A stretch of DNA of 64,000 nucleotides from an uncultured Anaerolineaceae bacterium (GCA_964626755.1 CAZVGO010000016.1:6886-70885), one strand, 5' to 3'. Positions 36,745 to 48,199 are shown, counted from the first letter of the stretch. Notes: generated by a model not told the origin, from the letters alone. Program-made: numbers and translations.

Positions 36745-38250
36745 TCAGTCCGGTCGGGCCCAGCCCAGCGACCGCTCGACGGCCCGGCGCCAGCCCCGCA
36801 GCAGCCGCTCCCGCCGGGCGGGGTCCATCGCCGGCTCGAACCGCCGGTCGAGGGCCCAGTTCGCCGCGACGTCGGCCGGGTCGCGCCAGAAGCCGACCGC
36901 CAGGCCGGCGAGGCAGGCCGCCCCAAGGGCGGTCGTCTCGGCCACGACCGGCCGCTCGACCGGGACGTCGAGGATGTCCGCCTGGAACTGGAGCAGCGTG
37001 TCGTTGACCGCCGCGCCGCCGTCGACGCGGAGCGCCTGCAGCCGGCTGCCCGCGTCGGCATCCATCGCATCGAGCACGTCGCGGACCTGGTAGGCGATCG
37101 ACTCGATCGTCGCCCGGGCGATCTCCGCGAGGCCGGTCCCGCGGGTCAGGCCGAGCAGGGCGCCACGGGCATCCGGATCCCAGTGCGGCGCGCCGAGGCC
37201 GACGAACGCGGGGACGAGGTAGACACCGCCCGTGTCCTCCACCCCCGCGGCGAGGAGCTCGACGTCACTGGAGCTGCCGATGGCCTTGAGTCCGTCGCGG
37301 AGCCACTGGACCGCCGCGCCGGCCACGAATACGGAGCCCTCCAGCGCGTACGCGGGCGGCTCGTCCGGGCCGAGCTGCCACAGGACGGTGGTCAGCAGGC
37401 CGTGTGCGGAGGCGACGGGGGTCGGACCGGTGTTCAGCAGCAGGAACGCGCCGGTCCCGTACGTGTTCTTCGCCTCGCCCGGCGCGAAGCACGCCTGGCC
37501 GAACGTCGCCGCCTGCTGGTCACCGGCGATCCCGCCGATCGGGACCGCCGCCCCGAACAGCGACTCGTCGGTCTCACCGAACAGCCCGGAGCTCGGGCGG
37601 ACCTCCGGGAGCATCGCCCGGGGCACACCGACGAGGTCGAGGAGCTCGTCGTCCCAGGCGAGGTGGTGGATGTCGAACAGGAGCGTCCGGCTCGCGTTCG
37701 ACACGTCCGTCGCGTGGACCCGGCCGCCGGTCAGCCGCCAGAGGAGGAACGAGTCCACGGTGCCGAAGGCGAGCTCGCCGCGCTCCGCCCGGGCCCGCAG
37801 CCCTGGATCCGAGTCGAGGATGTGGCGGATCTTCGGTCCGGAGAAGTACGCGTCGAGCGGCAGCCCCGTGCGGGCCCGAAAGAGCGGCTCGTGGCCGGCG
37901 TCGCGGAGGGCGGCACAGAACGGCGCACTGATCCGGCTCTGCCAGACGATCGCGTCGGCGACGGGGCGGCCGGTGTCGCGTTCCCAGACGACCGTCGTCT
38001 CGCGCTGGTTCGTCAGTCCGATGGCGGCGAGCCGGCCGGGCCCGCCGGCTCGTTCGACGACCTCGCGGGCGACGGCGAGCTGACTCTCCCAGATCGCCTC
38101 GGGGTCATGGGTGACGTGTCCCGGCGCCGGGTAGCGCTGCTCGAACTCGCGGGACGCGCTCGCGACGGCCCGCCCGGCCCGGTCGAACGCGATCGCCCGC
38201 GAGGAGGTCGTCCCCTGGTCGAGCGCCAGGACGAGATCGGGGGCGGCCAA
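36745..38250 (-). CDS. glpK: glycerol kinase
   Basis: 501 aa. N-terminus [17 protein letters not shown]-terminal FGGY-family blocks. Confidence 0.9.
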   Translation of the reverse strand: MAAPDLVLALDQGTTSSRAIAFDRAGRAVASASREFEQRYPAPGHVTHDPEAIWESQLAVAREVVERAGGPGRLAAIGLTNQRETTVVWERDTGRPVADAIVWQSRISAPFCAALRDAGHEPLFRARTGLPLDAYFSGPKIRHILDSDPGLRARAERGELAFGTVDSFLLWRLTGGRVHATDVSNASRTLLFDIHHLAWDDELLDLVGVPRAMLPEVRPSSGLFGETDESLFGAAVPIGGIAGDQQAATFGQACFAPGEAKNTYGTGAFLLLNTGPTPVASAHGLLTTVLWQLGPDEPPAYALEGSVFVAGAAVQWLRDGLKAIGSSSDVELLAAGVEDTGGVYLVPAFVGLGAPHWDPDARGALLGLTRGTGLAEIARATIESIAYQVRDVLDAMDADAGSRLQALRVDGGAAVNDTLLQFQADILDVPVERPVVAETTALGAACLAGLAVGFWRDPADVAANWALDRRFEPAMDPARRERLLRGWRRAVERSLGWARPD

Positions 38251-38266
38251 GGCGCGGCGCCCGCCG

Positions 38267-39967
38267 TCAGGCGGGCTCGACGGCCGGGGCGGTGGCCATG
38301 GCCCGCTCGGTCGCCGGCGGCACGTCGAACTCGCGCCTCGCCGCTGCGAGGAACCCGGTCACCTCGCGCGCCTGCCGCTCCCTGTTCCAGCCGAGCTCGC
38401 CACCCAGGATCTCCGCGGCTCGCGGGGCGATCGACGCGGCCCGATCCGGGCGCTCCTGGGCAAGGCGCGTCCGGCGGGCGAGGACGTCGTCGAGCGACAG
38501 TGCCAGCTCGTTCCGCGCTGCCCAGGCGACCTCGGCCTCGAGGTGCTCGACGTCCGGAGCGAGGCGCTTCAGCAGGCCGTGCTCCTTGCCGAGGGCCACG
38601 ACCCCGCGCGCCTCCGATCCGTGGCGGGCGGCGAGCCTCGCCGCGACCGCGCCGTCGAACCCGTGATCCGAGGCGAGCCGCTGCGCGAGCGCGTCGAGCT
38701 CCGAACGCGGCAGTGCCCCCACGAGCTGCAGCTCCGCCGTCGCGCTCCGCCGCCGTCGCGACTCGTCCCGACCCAGCGCGGCGTCGATGGCGTCCCGGGC
38801 CATCACCCGGTACGTCGTGTACTTGCCGCCGGTCACCCGGACGAGGCCGTTCGGCTCGGTCGTCACCCGGTGCTCCCTCGAGGCCTTGACGGTCGAGCCG
38901 GCCGAGCCGCTGACGGCGAGTGGCCGGAGGCCCGCGTATGTCCCGAGGACGTCGCCCCGGGACAGGTCGACGTCGAGTGTCCGGTTCACGGCGTCGAGCA
39001 GCTCGTCGACGTCGTCGGACGTCGCCGAGGGCCGGTCGACCGGGCCGTCATAGGCGGCGTCGGTCGTGCCGATCAGCCAGTGCCCCGGCCACGGGACGAG
39101 GAACACGATCCTGCCGGGGACGCGGATCGTCAGCCCGGTCCGGCTCGGGATCCGCTCGCGCCGGACGACGAGGTGGGCGCCCTTGCTCGGCAGGACCCGC
39201 GCGCCGCCGCCGAGCGCGGCGTCGGGGCGGGCGGTCCAGACCCCGGTGGCGTCGACGACCCGGTCGGCCTCGATCTCGATGTCGGTGCCGCCGACGAGAT
39301 CGCGTGCCCGCACGCCGACGACACGGCCCGCCCGCTCGATGGCTCCGGTGGCGCGGACCCGCGTCGCGGCCGTGGCGCCCTCCCGGATCGCGGTTCGCAG
39401 GACGGCGAGCGTGTACCGGGCGTCGTCCTCGACTCCGTCGTGGTAGACGATCGACCCACGCAGCCCGTCCCGGCGGAGGACGGGCGTCCATTCGAGTGTC
39501 TGCTCTCGTCCGAGGTGACGGGCGAACCCGCCCTCTCGCCGCGAGCCGAGCAGGTCGTACAGCAGGATTCCCGACCCGTAGAACGCCCGGTGGACGAGCG
39601 GCAGCCCGTAGATCGGGAACAGCAGCGGCTCGAGCCGGACGAGGTGGGGCGCCAGGCGGAGTAACCTCGCTCGCTCGGCAAGCGCCTCGAACACGAGGCC
39701 GAAGCGGAACTGCTCGAGGTAACGCAGCCCGCCGTGGATCAGCCGCGAGGACCGGCTCGACGTGCCGCTCGCGATGTCGTCCTGCTCGATCAGGCCCACC
39801 CGGAGCCCACGGCTCGCGGCATCGAGGAGTGCCCCGCTCCCGACGATCCCGCCACCTACCACGAGCACGTCGAGCCGCTCCGACGTGAGCCTCTCGAGCG
39901 CGGTCCGCCGGTCGTCGAGCGCGCTCACGGCGGCCCGGTCCGCCGGGTGATCCGCCACAGGACCCAC
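38267..39967 (-). CDS. glpD: FAD-dependent glycerol-3-phosphate dehydrogenase
   Basis: [43 protein letters not shown]. 566 aa. Confidence 0.88.
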   Translation of the reverse strand: MGPVADHPADRAAVSALDDRRTALERLTSERLDVLVVGGGIVGSGALLDAASRGLRVGLIEQDDIASGTSSRSSRLIHGGLRYLEQFRFGLVFEALAERARLLRLAPHLVRLEPLLFPIYGLPLVHRAFYGSGILLYDLLGSRREGGFARHLGREQTLEWTPVLRRDGLRGSIVYHDGVEDDARYTLAVLRTAIREGATAATRVRATGAIERAGRVVGVRARDLVGGTDIEIEADRVVDATGVWTARPDAALGGGARVLPSKGAHLVVRRERIPSRTGLTIRVPGRIVFLVPWPGHWLIGTTDAAYDGPVDRPSATSDDVDELLDAVNRTLDVDLSRGDVLGTYAGLRPLAVSGSAGSTVKASREHRVTTEPNGLVRVTGGKYTTYRVMARDAIDAALGRDESRRRRSATAELQLVGALPRSELDALAQRLASDHGFDGAVAARLAARHGSEARGVVALGKEHGLLKRLAPDVEHLEAEVAWAARNELALSLDDVLARRTRLAQERPDRAASIAPRAAEILGGELGWNRERQAREVTGFLAAARREFDVPPATERAMATAPAVEPA

Positions 39968-40152
39968 GCGGTGCCGCCGATCAGCACGACGATCGCGATC
40001 GGCAGGCGGTCGAACAGGTCGCGGACGGGCGGCACGAACGTGGCCAGCGCGGCGACGCCGAGCACTCCACCAACGACGAGGGTTGCGAGCAGCCCGACCT
40101 CACGGATCTCATCGCGCCAGCGCGCCTCGCGCGCCGGCCCAGGGTCAGCCAC
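39925..40152 (-). CDS. small hypothetical membrane protein (2 TM); overlaps the predicted glpD start
   Basis: 75 aa. Hydrophobic segments LLATLVVGGVLGVAALATF and [15 protein letters not shown]. No homology recognised; could be spurious. Confidence 0.25.
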   Translation of the reverse strand: MADPGPAREARWRDEIREVGLLATLVVGGVLGVAALATFVPPVRDLFDRLPIAIVVLIGGTAWVLWRITRRTGPP

Positions 40153-40966
40153 GATCGGCCGCCGGTGGGATGCCGATCGGGGCCACGAGAACGCGGCCGG
40201 CGAGGGCCTTACCGCGCTTGGCGAGGAGCCCGGTCTTCGGTCGGTGGAAGGTCACGGTGAGGTCCGCCCGGACGACGGGATCGGACGGCTCGCCGGACGA
40301 GAGGTCGATCGCGGTGGGCGTATCGACCGCGACGACCGGGATTCCCGCCTCGCGGGCCCTCCGGATGGCCTCCACGGCGCTCCGGATCGGTTCCCGGAGC
40401 GCGCCCCGGACGCCCGTGCCGAGCAGTGCGTCGACGACGACCGATGCCTTCTCTATCCCCTGGCCGAGGATCGCCACGTCCCGGGCAACCGGCGCATGAA
40501 CACGCGTGACCCGGTGATCGGCGTCGAGGCGGTCCCAGTTCCGCGCGGCGTCGAGGCTTTTCGGGCGCGCCTCCGGGGCGACGAACGCGACGACGACGTT
40601 CGCGCCGGCCCGCGCGAGCCGCCGCGCGGCGACGAACCCGTCGCCCCCGTTGTTGCCGGGTCCGGCGAGGATGAGGATGGGCCCGCGACCCCAGCGGTCC
40701 TGATCGACGGCGAGCGCCTTGACCGCGGCCGCAACCGCCGTTCCGGCATGCTCCATCAGGCGCGAGCCGGGCACGCCGAGTGCCTGCGCCCGACGATCGG
40801 CGCCGCTCATCGCCTCCGCCCCGATCGGCGCACGAGCGGCGGCCTCGGCCCAGCGTTCGCGGAGGCCGCGGAGGTCGAGGTCGAACAGCCCTGGATCGTC
40901 CGCGGGCAGCGGCTGGCCGACGGTGTCGCCGGTCCGGTCCTCGGTGGCGGATCGAGGCGTTCCCAT
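40145..40966 (-). CDS. nnr: NAD(P)H-hydrate epimerase (YjeF N-terminal domain)
   Basis: LAGPGNNGGDGFVAARRLARAGANVVV motif of the YjeF_N family. 273 aa, no dehydratase domain. Confidence 0.8.
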   Translation of the reverse strand: MGTPRSATEDRTGDTVGQPLPADDPGLFDLDLRGLRERWAEAAARAPIGAEAMSGADRRAQALGVPGSRLMEHAGTAVAAAVKALAVDQDRWGRGPILILAGPGNNGGDGFVAARRLARAGANVVVAFVAPEARPKSLDAARNWDRLDADHRVTRVHAPVARDVAILGQGIEKASVVVDALLGTGVRGALREPIRSAVEAIRRAREAGIPVVAVDTPTAIDLSSGEPSDPVVRADLTVTFHRPKTGLLAKRGKALAGRVLVAPIGIPPAADRG

Positions 40967-41005
40967 GCGAGCAAGCGTAGCCGAGGCGGTTCGCCGGGGC
41001 GACCC

Positions 41006-41971
41006 TCAGGTGAGTGGAAGGCGCGCGGTCCGCGGCCTCGTGGTGTGGAGCTCGACGAGGCCGTCGCCCGCGAGCGCCGTGAGGGCATCGCGGATCGCCT
41101 CGGCGCCGTGCATGCCGAGCGGGTGGGCGATGGTCGTCCAGCCCTCGTCCGCGGCGACCCTCAGCTGCTCGAGGATCCGGCCGCGCAACCAGCGCGAGGT
41201 GGTCTCGAAGCGATGCGCGGGCGGGCGCCGTTTCGCGCTCGGCGCGAGATCCGGAGGCGTCGCTGCGTAACGGCACCGGCTGCGGGCGGGGCACGCGGCG
41301 CAGTCGGGCCGGCGGGGCCGGCAGAACGTCGCGCCGACGTCCATCAGCGCGTGTGTCCAGTCTGCGGGTCGGTCGGGCGGCACGATCGAGTCGGCGAACA
41401 CCTGGAGGGCGGCTTCGGCGAGGCCGTCGGCCCCACCGGCGACCCGGCCAAGCACGCGCCGGACGTTCGTGTCGACAGCTCCGACGGGCCGGCCGAATGC
41501 GATCGCGGCGACCGCGCGGGCGGTGTACGGGCCGACGCCGGGGAGCCGCTCGAGGGCCGCCACGTCGTCCGGCACGCGACCGCCGTGCTGCTCGACGATT
41601 GCCCGCGCCGCGCGCCACAGGTTGAGCGCCCGGCGGTTGTACCCGAGGCCTTGCCAGGCGCGGAGAACATCGGCCGGCGTCGCGGCGGCGAGGGCGTGAA
41701 CGGTCGGGAACGCGGCGATGAACGGGCCCCACTTCTCGACGACGCGGGAGATCTGGGTCTGCTGGGCCATCGCCTCGGACACGAGGATCGCCCACGGGTC
41801 ACGGCTGGCACGGAACGGGAGCGCGCGGGCCCGGGCGCCGTACCAGGCGAGGATCGCGGCGCGGAGCTCGGTGTCGATCGCGACGGCCACGGGCGAACGA
41901 TAACCGCGCATCACCGCGCACGCGCCTCGGCGACCAGGCCGCGCATCCCCTCGACCGACGCCCAGAGCCAC
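41006..41971 (-). CDS. mutY: A/G-specific adenine DNA glycosylase (MutY/Nth superfamily, HhH-GPD with 4Fe-4S)
   Basis: HhH LPGVGPYTARAVAAIAFG. Catalytic VDTNVRRVLGR. Cys cluster CRPRRPDCAACPARSRC. Confidence 0.8.
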   Translation of the reverse strand: MALGVGRGDARPGRRGACAVMRGYRSPVAVAIDTELRAAILAWYGARARALPFRASRDPWAILVSEAMAQQTQISRVVEKWGPFIAAFPTVHALAAATPADVLRAWQGLGYNRRALNLWRAARAIVEQHGGRVPDDVAALERLPGVGPYTARAVAAIAFGRPVGAVDTNVRRVLGRVAGGADGLAEAALQVFADSIVPPDRPADWTHALMDVGATFCRPRRPDCAACPARSRCRYAATPPDLAPSAKRRPPAHRFETTSRWLRGRILEQLRVAADEGWTTIAHPLGMHGAEAIRDALTALAGDGLVELHTTRPRTARLPLT

Positions 41972-42233
41972 TCCGGCAGGTAGGTCACGGCGTAGATGAA
42001 CTCGTAGGTCTCCTTCTCAAACTCGATCGAACAGACCGCGCGATTCGAGGAGGCCAGCCTTACCGGGCGGGTGACGAGGTGCCTCGGCGCGTGCTCAACC
42101 GACCCCGACCATACGCGTCAGATAGCCTGACCAGCCCCTCGTGGCCCGAGAGGAGCCTCGGGCCCGCCATTCCAGGTTGGACTTGTTCGACAGGGCTGGA
42201 ATTGCGTCTCGTCCCGCCCCACCGCGCGGCGAG

Positions 42234-43688
42234 TCAGACGCCGATGTTGATCATCACGTGCTTGACGACGGTGTAGTCCTCGATCGCGTAGGCCGACTGG
42301 TCCTTGCCGTAGCCGGATTCCTTGAACCCACCGTGCGGCATCTCCGAGGCCATCGTGAAATGCTCGTTGATCCAGACGGTCCCGAACTGGAGGTACTTCG
42401 CGGCGCGCATCGCCTTGCCGATGTCGCGGGTGAAGACGGAGGCGGCGAGCCCGAAGCGGACGTCGTTCGCCCACTTGAGGGCCGTCTCCTCATCGGAGAA
42501 CCGCTGGACCGTGATGACCGGCCCGAACACCTCGTCCTGGACGATCTCGCTCTTCTGGTCGGGGCCCGCAATGATCGTCGGCTCGTAGTAGGCGCCCGGA
42601 CGATCCGGCCGGTTGCCGCCGAGAATGACCTCGGCGCCCTTGCGAGCCCGGTCGACCATCTTCTCGACCTTGTCAGCCTGCGACTTGGCGATCAGCGAGC
42701 CCATCTCGATCTGGTCACCCTCGGCCGGGTCGCCCCACTTGATCGTCTTGACCTGCTCGGAGAGTGCACCGAGGAACCGGTCGTAGATCTTCGGGCCGGC
42801 AATGACCCGCGTCGCGGCCGTGCAGTCCTGACCGGCGTTCCAGTAACCGGCGGATCGAAGGGTCTCGGCTGCCAGATCGGCGTCGGCGTCGTCGAAGATG
42901 ACGACGGGCGCCTTGCCGCCGAGCTCGAGATGGAGTCGCTTGACCGTGTCGGCCGCGATCCTCGCGATTCGCTTGCCGGTCTCCGTGTCGCCGGTCAGTG
43001 AGATCATCCCGATCTTCGGGTGGCCCACGAGCTCGTCGCCGATCTCGTCGCCGGTCCCCGTGAGGACGTTGATGACGCCGGACGGGAAGATGTCCGCCGC
43101 CAGCTCGGCGAGACGGAGCGCGGTCAGCGGCGTCCGGGCCGACGGCTTGAGAACGACGGTGTTGCCCGCCGCAAGCGCCGGGCCGAGCTTCCAGCCGGCC
43201 ATGTAGAGCGGGTAGTTCCACGGGGCGATCGAGGCGACGACCCCGACCGGATCGCGCCTGATGATCGAGGTATGACCGGCCAGGTATTCGTTGGCCGCCT
43301 TGCCCTCCATCACCCGGGCGGCTCCGGCGAAGAACCGGACGTTGTCTGCCGTGGCCCCCATCTCGTCGATTGCCGCGCCGACGGGTTTGCCCGCGTTCTG
43401 CGCCTCGAGACGGCCCAGCTCCTCGGCGTTCGCGTCGATGGCAGCGGCCATCTTCAGCAGCATCTCGCTGCGGTCCTTGGGGGTCGTGTGGCGCCAGGTC
43501 TCCTCGAAGGCCCGGTCGGCGGCCTGCACGGCTCGGTCCACGTCCTCCTTGGCGCTGCGCTGGATCTTCGCGATCACCTGCCCGTCGGCCGGGTTTTCGA
43601 CGTCGATCGTCTTGCCCGACGCCGAGTCGACCCACTGGCCACCGATGAACTGCTGGTACGTCTTCACCCGCTCGAGGGTCTCGGTCAC
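42234..43688 (-). CDS. NAD-dependent aldehyde dehydrogenase
   Basis: GTG start with GGAGGA SD. ELGGKAP, catalytic Cys region GQDCTAATR, FGPV, and C-terminal EESGYGKD-like block. Confidence 0.88.
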   Translation of the reverse strand: MTETLERVKTYQQFIGGQWVDSASGKTIDVENPADGQVIAKIQRSAKEDVDRAVQAADRAFEETWRHTTPKDRSEMLLKMAAAIDANAEELGRLEAQNAGKPVGAAIDEMGATADNVRFFAGAARVMEGKAANEYLAGHTSIIRRDPVGVVASIAPWNYPLYMAGWKLGPALAAGNTVVLKPSARTPLTALRLAELAADIFPSGVINVLTGTGDEIGDELVGHPKIGMISLTGDTETGKRIARIAADTVKRLHLELGGKAPVVIFDDADADLAAETLRSAGYWNAGQDCTAATRVIAGPKIYDRFLGALSEQVKTIKWGDPAEGDQIEMGSLIAKSQADKVEKMVDRARKGAEVILGGNRPDRPGAYYEPTIIAGPDQKSEIVQDEVFGPVITVQRFSDEETALKWANDVRFGLAASVFTRDIGKAMRAAKYLQFGTVWINEHFTMASEMPHGGFKESGYGKDQSAYAIEDYTVVKHVMINIGV

Positions 43689-43909
43689 GTGGTGGTCCTC
43701 CCCTTCTCTGGTGGGAGGATTGTGCGCCGGGTGGCGCCGGGACGCCAACGCCGGGGCGGCTGACGCGACGGGCGCCGTTGCGTGGGCGCCCTCACGCCGG
43801 CAGGGCCTCGCGGTGGACCGACTGGCCGGTGACGGCCACCCGCTCGATCAGGTCGGCAGCGCGAGCTGTCATCGGTCCTCACTGCTGATCGGTGAGCGAC
43901 TACCCGTTC

Positions 43910-45175
43910 TCACTGGAGATAGCGGATCCAGAGGTACGCGGTCGAGATCACGAGCGAGGCCCATACGACGCCCACTCCGTAACGGAAGAACTGCATGAAG
44001 GTGATGGGGTGGCCATCGCGCGCGGCCAGATTCGCAACGACGATGTTCGCGGAGGCGCCGACGATGGTCAGATTGCCGCCGAGGCATGCACCGAGCGCGA
44101 GCGACCACCAGAGTGGGTCCGCGCTGAGACCGCTCTCGATGAGTCGTTGGACGACAGGGATTGCCGTCGCCGTGTACGGGATGTTGTCGACGATGCCGGA
44201 TGCCAGGGCAGAGAGCCACAGAAGGCCGATCGCCGCCAGGTCAAGCCGGCCGGCGGTGGCCGTTGCGAGTGCGTCGGCGACGCCACCGAGGATCCCGACG
44301 TGGACCACCGCTTCGACCAGCATGAACAGGCCGACGAAGAAGAACAGAGTGTTCCACTCGATATCCCGGAGCGCTTCGTGTGGATCGAGGGGGCCCACGA
44401 TCATCAACACGGTCGCGCCGAGCAGGGCGACGGTCGCCGCCTCGAGGCCGATGGCCGAGTGGGCCAGGAAGCCGGCGATCGTCAGCCCGAGTACTGCCAG
44501 GGCGCGGAACATGAGCGCTCGGTCCTTGATGGCGGCGGCGGGATCCAGCGCGGCGAGGACGTCGAGGCGACTGGCGTCGTCCTCCATCGTTCGCCCGAAC
44601 ACCAGCCACATGATCACCAGGAAGACGCCGAGGATGACGAGGACGACGGGCGCAAGGTTGACCAGGAAGTCGACAAAGTCGAGGCCGGCAGCCGAGCCGA
44701 TGAGGATGTTGGGTGGGTCGCCGATCAGGGTCGCCGTCCCACCGATGTTCGAGGCCAGGATCTGGCTGATCAGGTACGGGAACGGCGACACCCTGAGCAT
44801 CCGCGCGATCGACAGGGTGACCGGCGTCAACAGCACGACCGTCGTCACGTTGTCGAGCAGCGCCGAGAGGCCCGCGGTCAGGAGCGACAGGATGATCAGC
44901 AGCCGGAAAGGCTGACCACGCGAAAGGCGGATCGCATAGCCGGCCACGTACTCGAAGAACCCCGTCTTGCTGAGCCCGCCCGCCAGCACCATCATCCCGG
45001 CCAGCAGGAAGATCACGTTGAAGTCGATGGCCGCGAAGGCCTCTTCCTGATCGATGACTCCGAGGGCAACGACGAGCAGGCCGCCGAGCAGGGCGATCAG
45101 GGTCCGGTCGAAGCGCTCTGAGGCGATCAGCGCATAGACGACGAGGAAGATCCCGCCGGCAAGAAAGACGTCCAT
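43910..45175 (-). CDS. ArsB/NhaD-superfamily anion permease
   Basis: 421 aa, 10+ TM helices. LDNVTTVVLLTPVTL and IGGTATLIGDPPNILIGS blocks, repeated in the second half. Confidence 0.8.
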   Translation of the reverse strand: MDVFLAGGIFLVVYALIASERFDRTLIALLGGLLVVALGVIDQEEAFAAIDFNVIFLLAGMMVLAGGLSKTGFFEYVAGYAIRLSRGQPFRLLIILSLLTAGLSALLDNVTTVVLLTPVTLSIARMLRVSPFPYLISQILASNIGGTATLIGDPPNILIGSAAGLDFVDFLVNLAPVVLVILGVFLVIMWLVFGRTMEDDASRLDVLAALDPAAAIKDRALMFRALAVLGLTIAGFLAHSAIGLEAATVALLGATVLMIVGPLDPHEALRDIEWNTLFFFVGLFMLVEAVVHVGILGGVADALATATAGRLDLAAIGLLWLSALASGIVDNIPYTATAIPVVQRLIESGLSADPLWWSLALGACLGGNLTIVGASANIVVANLAARDGHPITFMQFFRYGVGVVWASLVISTAYLWIRYLQ

Positions 45176-45391
45176 CGTCAGTCCGCCACGGACGCGCGCG
45201 GGTGCGCGGTCAGGCGGGCTGGAAGCTCATCGGCGACGGAGCGAAGCGGCGAGCTGCGGGACGGGTCTGGGCTCGGCCTCATTCACCCCGGCCGTCGCCG
45301 GCCGCCACCACCAGCGACGTGCGCCCGAGGCTCACGTTCTTCGTCTCACGTGCATCCATGATCGGCACAGGATACATGGGCTCCGGCACCG

Positions 45392-46168
45392 TCAGGCGGC
45401 GACCGGATCGCCCCTCCGGGAGGCGGCGTACCACGGGATCGCCAGCCGCTCGATGAACATCACGGCCGTGAAGAGCGCGACGCTCAGGGCCGCGGTCAGG
45501 AGCACCGCCGCGAACACGAGGTCCGTCCGGAACGCGTTCTGCGATAGCTGCATCCAGATCCCCAGCCCCTCGTACGCGCCGACGTACTCGCCGAACACAG
45601 CGCCGATCACCGCGTACGTCACCGCGATCCGCAACCCCGTGAACAGGGACGGCAAAGCGGCCGGCCAGCGGAGCTTTCGGAAGACCTGGCGCGGGGTCGC
45701 GCCCATCGACCGGAGGAGGTCGCTCGCTTCGCCCGTCGCGGCCGCGAGTCCGTCGAGGAGCGCGATCGTCACCGGGAAGAACGTCACGAGCACGACCATG
45801 AGGACCTTCGGGGCGAGCCCGAACCCGAACCACAGGACAAGCAGCGGGGCGATGGCCACGACCGGCATGGTCTGCGATGCGACGAGGATCGGCCCCACGG
45901 CCCGGCGAACCACGGCGAACCGGTCCATGACCACCGCCGCGCCGATCGACAGCCCGATCGAGATCGCCAGGCCGACGAACGTCTCCCACAGGGTCGGCAG
46001 CGCGTGGCGAACGGCGTCGGCCCTGAAGAGCCACAGCTGCTCGACGATCCGGGACGGCGCGGGAAGCACGATCGGGCTCACCGCCGCCACCCTGCAGTAA
46101 GCCTCCCACAGTCCGAGAAGCACGGCGACGAGAAGCACGGGCGGCCCCAGGCGCGACGCGAGCCTCAC
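45392..46168 (-). CDS. ABC transporter permease (NitT/TauT-type, SsuC/TauC-like)
   Basis: 258 aa. EAA-like loop region GATPRQVFRKLRWPAALPSL. 6 TM. Confidence 0.85.
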   Translation of the reverse strand: MRLASRLGPPVLLVAVLLGLWEAYCRVAAVSPIVLPAPSRIVEQLWLFRADAVRHALPTLWETFVGLAISIGLSIGAAVVMDRFAVVRRAVGPILVASQTMPVVAIAPLLVLWFGFGLAPKVLMVVLVTFFPVTIALLDGLAAATGEASDLLRSMGATPRQVFRKLRWPAALPSLFTGLRIAVTYAVIGAVFGEYVGAYEGLGIWMQLSQNAFRTDLVFAAVLLTAALSVALFTAVMFIERLAIPWYAASRRGDPVAA

Positions 46169-47185
46169 GGGAGGTAGTCGTTCGTGAACAGCGCCGCGTA
46201 GTCGGGCGGCCCGGTCAGCGCCTTTCCGGCGGCGTCAACGAGCAGACCCTCCTCGTACAGAAAGCCCGAGTAGCCCTGCCACTTCTCGAGCGTCTGGCGG
46301 CCGACCCGCCCCTGACCGTCGACGTAAGCGCCGCCGTCGGCGAGGAACCGTGCGCTGGCCAGCGGCAGGTCCGGATTCGAATCGAAGACTCCCGGATTCT
46401 CATCGACCAGCGTCGCCGCCGCGCGATCCGGATCGTTTGCCGCAAGCTCGAACCCGCGCACCGTCGCGGCAACGAACCGCTTGGCGAGCTCGGGCTCGCG
46501 AGCGAGCCAGTCGGCATCGCAGGCGAGAACGACCTGGTAGAAGTCCGGGAAGCCGAAGTTGGTGAAGGCGAATTGCCGCAGCGCGATGCCGCGCTGCTCG
46601 GCCTCGATCCCCTCCCAGGCGGTGAACACGATCACGAAGTCCGCCCGCTTCGCAAAGAGTGCCTCGTACGCCGCGGTGTCGAGCACGACCGATTTGAAAT
46701 CGCCCGTGCCGCCGTCGGCTTCGATCACCGCCCGGACGGTCGGCTCCTCGTTCGGATAGCCGAAGCCGGCATAGATCTTCCCGTCGAGCTCGCGCGGCCG
46801 GCTGATCCCGGAATCGGCGAGGACCGCGATCTCCTGGGCCGTGTGCTGGAGGATCGCCATGACGGACTTGATGTTTATCCCGGCCGCCACCCCGAACGTC
46901 ATCGAGTCCTGGAAGCTGATCCCGCATTCCGCTTGATGAGCGGCGAGCAGCGCCTCGGGCGTCGTGCCCGTGTAGGGAAGCACCCTGAGCTCGATCCCGG
47001 CTTCGGCATACCAGCCCTCGTGGCGGGCGACGAAGAACCCGGTGTGGTTCGTGTTGGGTGTCCAGTCAAGGGCCAGGCGCACCGTGGCAGGGCGCGGGCT
47101 GGGGCTCCCCTGGCCGATGCCGCAGGCGGTCGCAACGAATGCGACGACCGCTGCGACGGCGAGGAAGCGATGGAGGCGATTCACT
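46165..47185 (-). CDS. ABC transporter substrate-binding lipoprotein (NMT1/SsuA-like)
   Basis: Putative GTG start (VNRLHRF) with AACGGAG upstream. Lipobox VATAC. NMT1-like body. 4-nt overlap with the permease. Confidence 0.75.
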
Positions 47186-47368
47186 GACTCGGGCTCCGTT
47201 TCGAGAACGAAAGACGCCGCCCCGGGGGTTACGGGCGGCATCGAGTCAGCTTGGCCTGCTTCCTTCGCTGGTATGAGCCAGATCAGGTTCGGCGGGTCTG
47301 TGGCCTGGGCCACACTCTCAGCGCGCGGGCGCTCCCCGGAGGCGATATTCGGTTGTTCGGCGAGTCTA

Positions 47369-48199
47369 TCACCGGCCCGCGAAGCGCTCCCGCAGCCAGC
47401 CGATGACCTCGTCGATCACCGCCCCTCCCTCGGGCTCGTTGTGCATCTCGTGGCGGAGGCCGGGGTACGTTCGCCGGGTGACGGCGGGCACCTCGCCGAG
47501 AGGGGCGCTGGCGCTCGTGGGGACGAGCCGGTCGGCCTCACCGTGGATCACGAGGGTGGGTACGCGAAGGCCACCGAGCGCCGCCCGGCAGCGGGCCTGC
47601 TCGCGGAGGAACTCCAGCCCGAGGCGGGTGGTCGTCAGATGGTGGTTGAGGGGGTCGGCGAGGTACCGGACGCCGACCTGCGGGTCGCGCGACAGGACGG
47701 CCGTGTCGAGGGCGTTCCTGACCGGCAGGGTCGGGATGGCGACGCCGAGGACGCGGGCGAGGGCGCGCTTCCAGGCCGGCACATCGGCGTCGAGCGCGGG
47801 TGCGGAGAGAACGAGCGCGTCGAGCTTCGGGTCGGTCAGGGCGTACCCGAGCGCCACGAGCCCCCCGAGCGAGTGGCCGTACAACACAACTGGTCCGCCG
47901 GCGGCCGCGGTGTGCGTCGCGGCGAGCCGCTCGGCCAGGTCGTCGTGGAAGCGCGACCAGCGGTCGACCCAGGCGCGCCGTCCGCCGGACGCCCCGAACC
48001 CGCGCTGGTCGTAGGCGTAGACGTCGATGCCCGCCTCGGCAAGTTGAGCCCCGACGTGCTCGTACCGCCCGCTGTGCTCGCCGAGCCCGTGGACGAGCAG
48101 GAGCGTGGCCCACGGCCGGCCGCCGTCCGGAACCGGCCAGTGCCTCGTCGCGAGCTCGGTGCCGTCCGCGACCGTGACGCGGCCGTCCGTCGCGGTCAC
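47369..48199 (-). CDS. alpha/beta hydrolase (lysophospholipase/monoacylglycerol lipase-like)
   Basis: LLLVHGLGEHSGRY, nucleophile elbow GHSLGG, C-terminal HEMHNE. GTG start overlaps the upstream stop; the N-terminal part of the 428-aa ORF is low-complexity. Confidence 0.75.
   Translation of the reverse strand: MTATDGRVTVADGTELATRHWPVPDGGRPWATLLLVHGLGEHSGRYEHVGAQLAEAGIDVYAYDQRGFGASGGRRAWVDRWSRFHDDLAERLAATHTAAAGGPVVLYGHSLGGLVALGYALTDPKLDALVLSAPALDADVPAWKRALARVLGVAIPTLPVRNALDTAVLSRDPQVGVRYLADPLNHHLTTTRLGLEFLREQARCRAALGGLRVPTLVIHGEADRLVPTSASAPLGEVPAVTRRTYPGLRHEMHNEPEGGAVIDEVIGWLRERFAGR

Noticed and set aside
45279-46109. 276-aa minus-strand ORF
   Set aside because: It overlaps the ABC permease in another frame, and the product is Arg/Gly/Pro-rich without TM helices or motifs.
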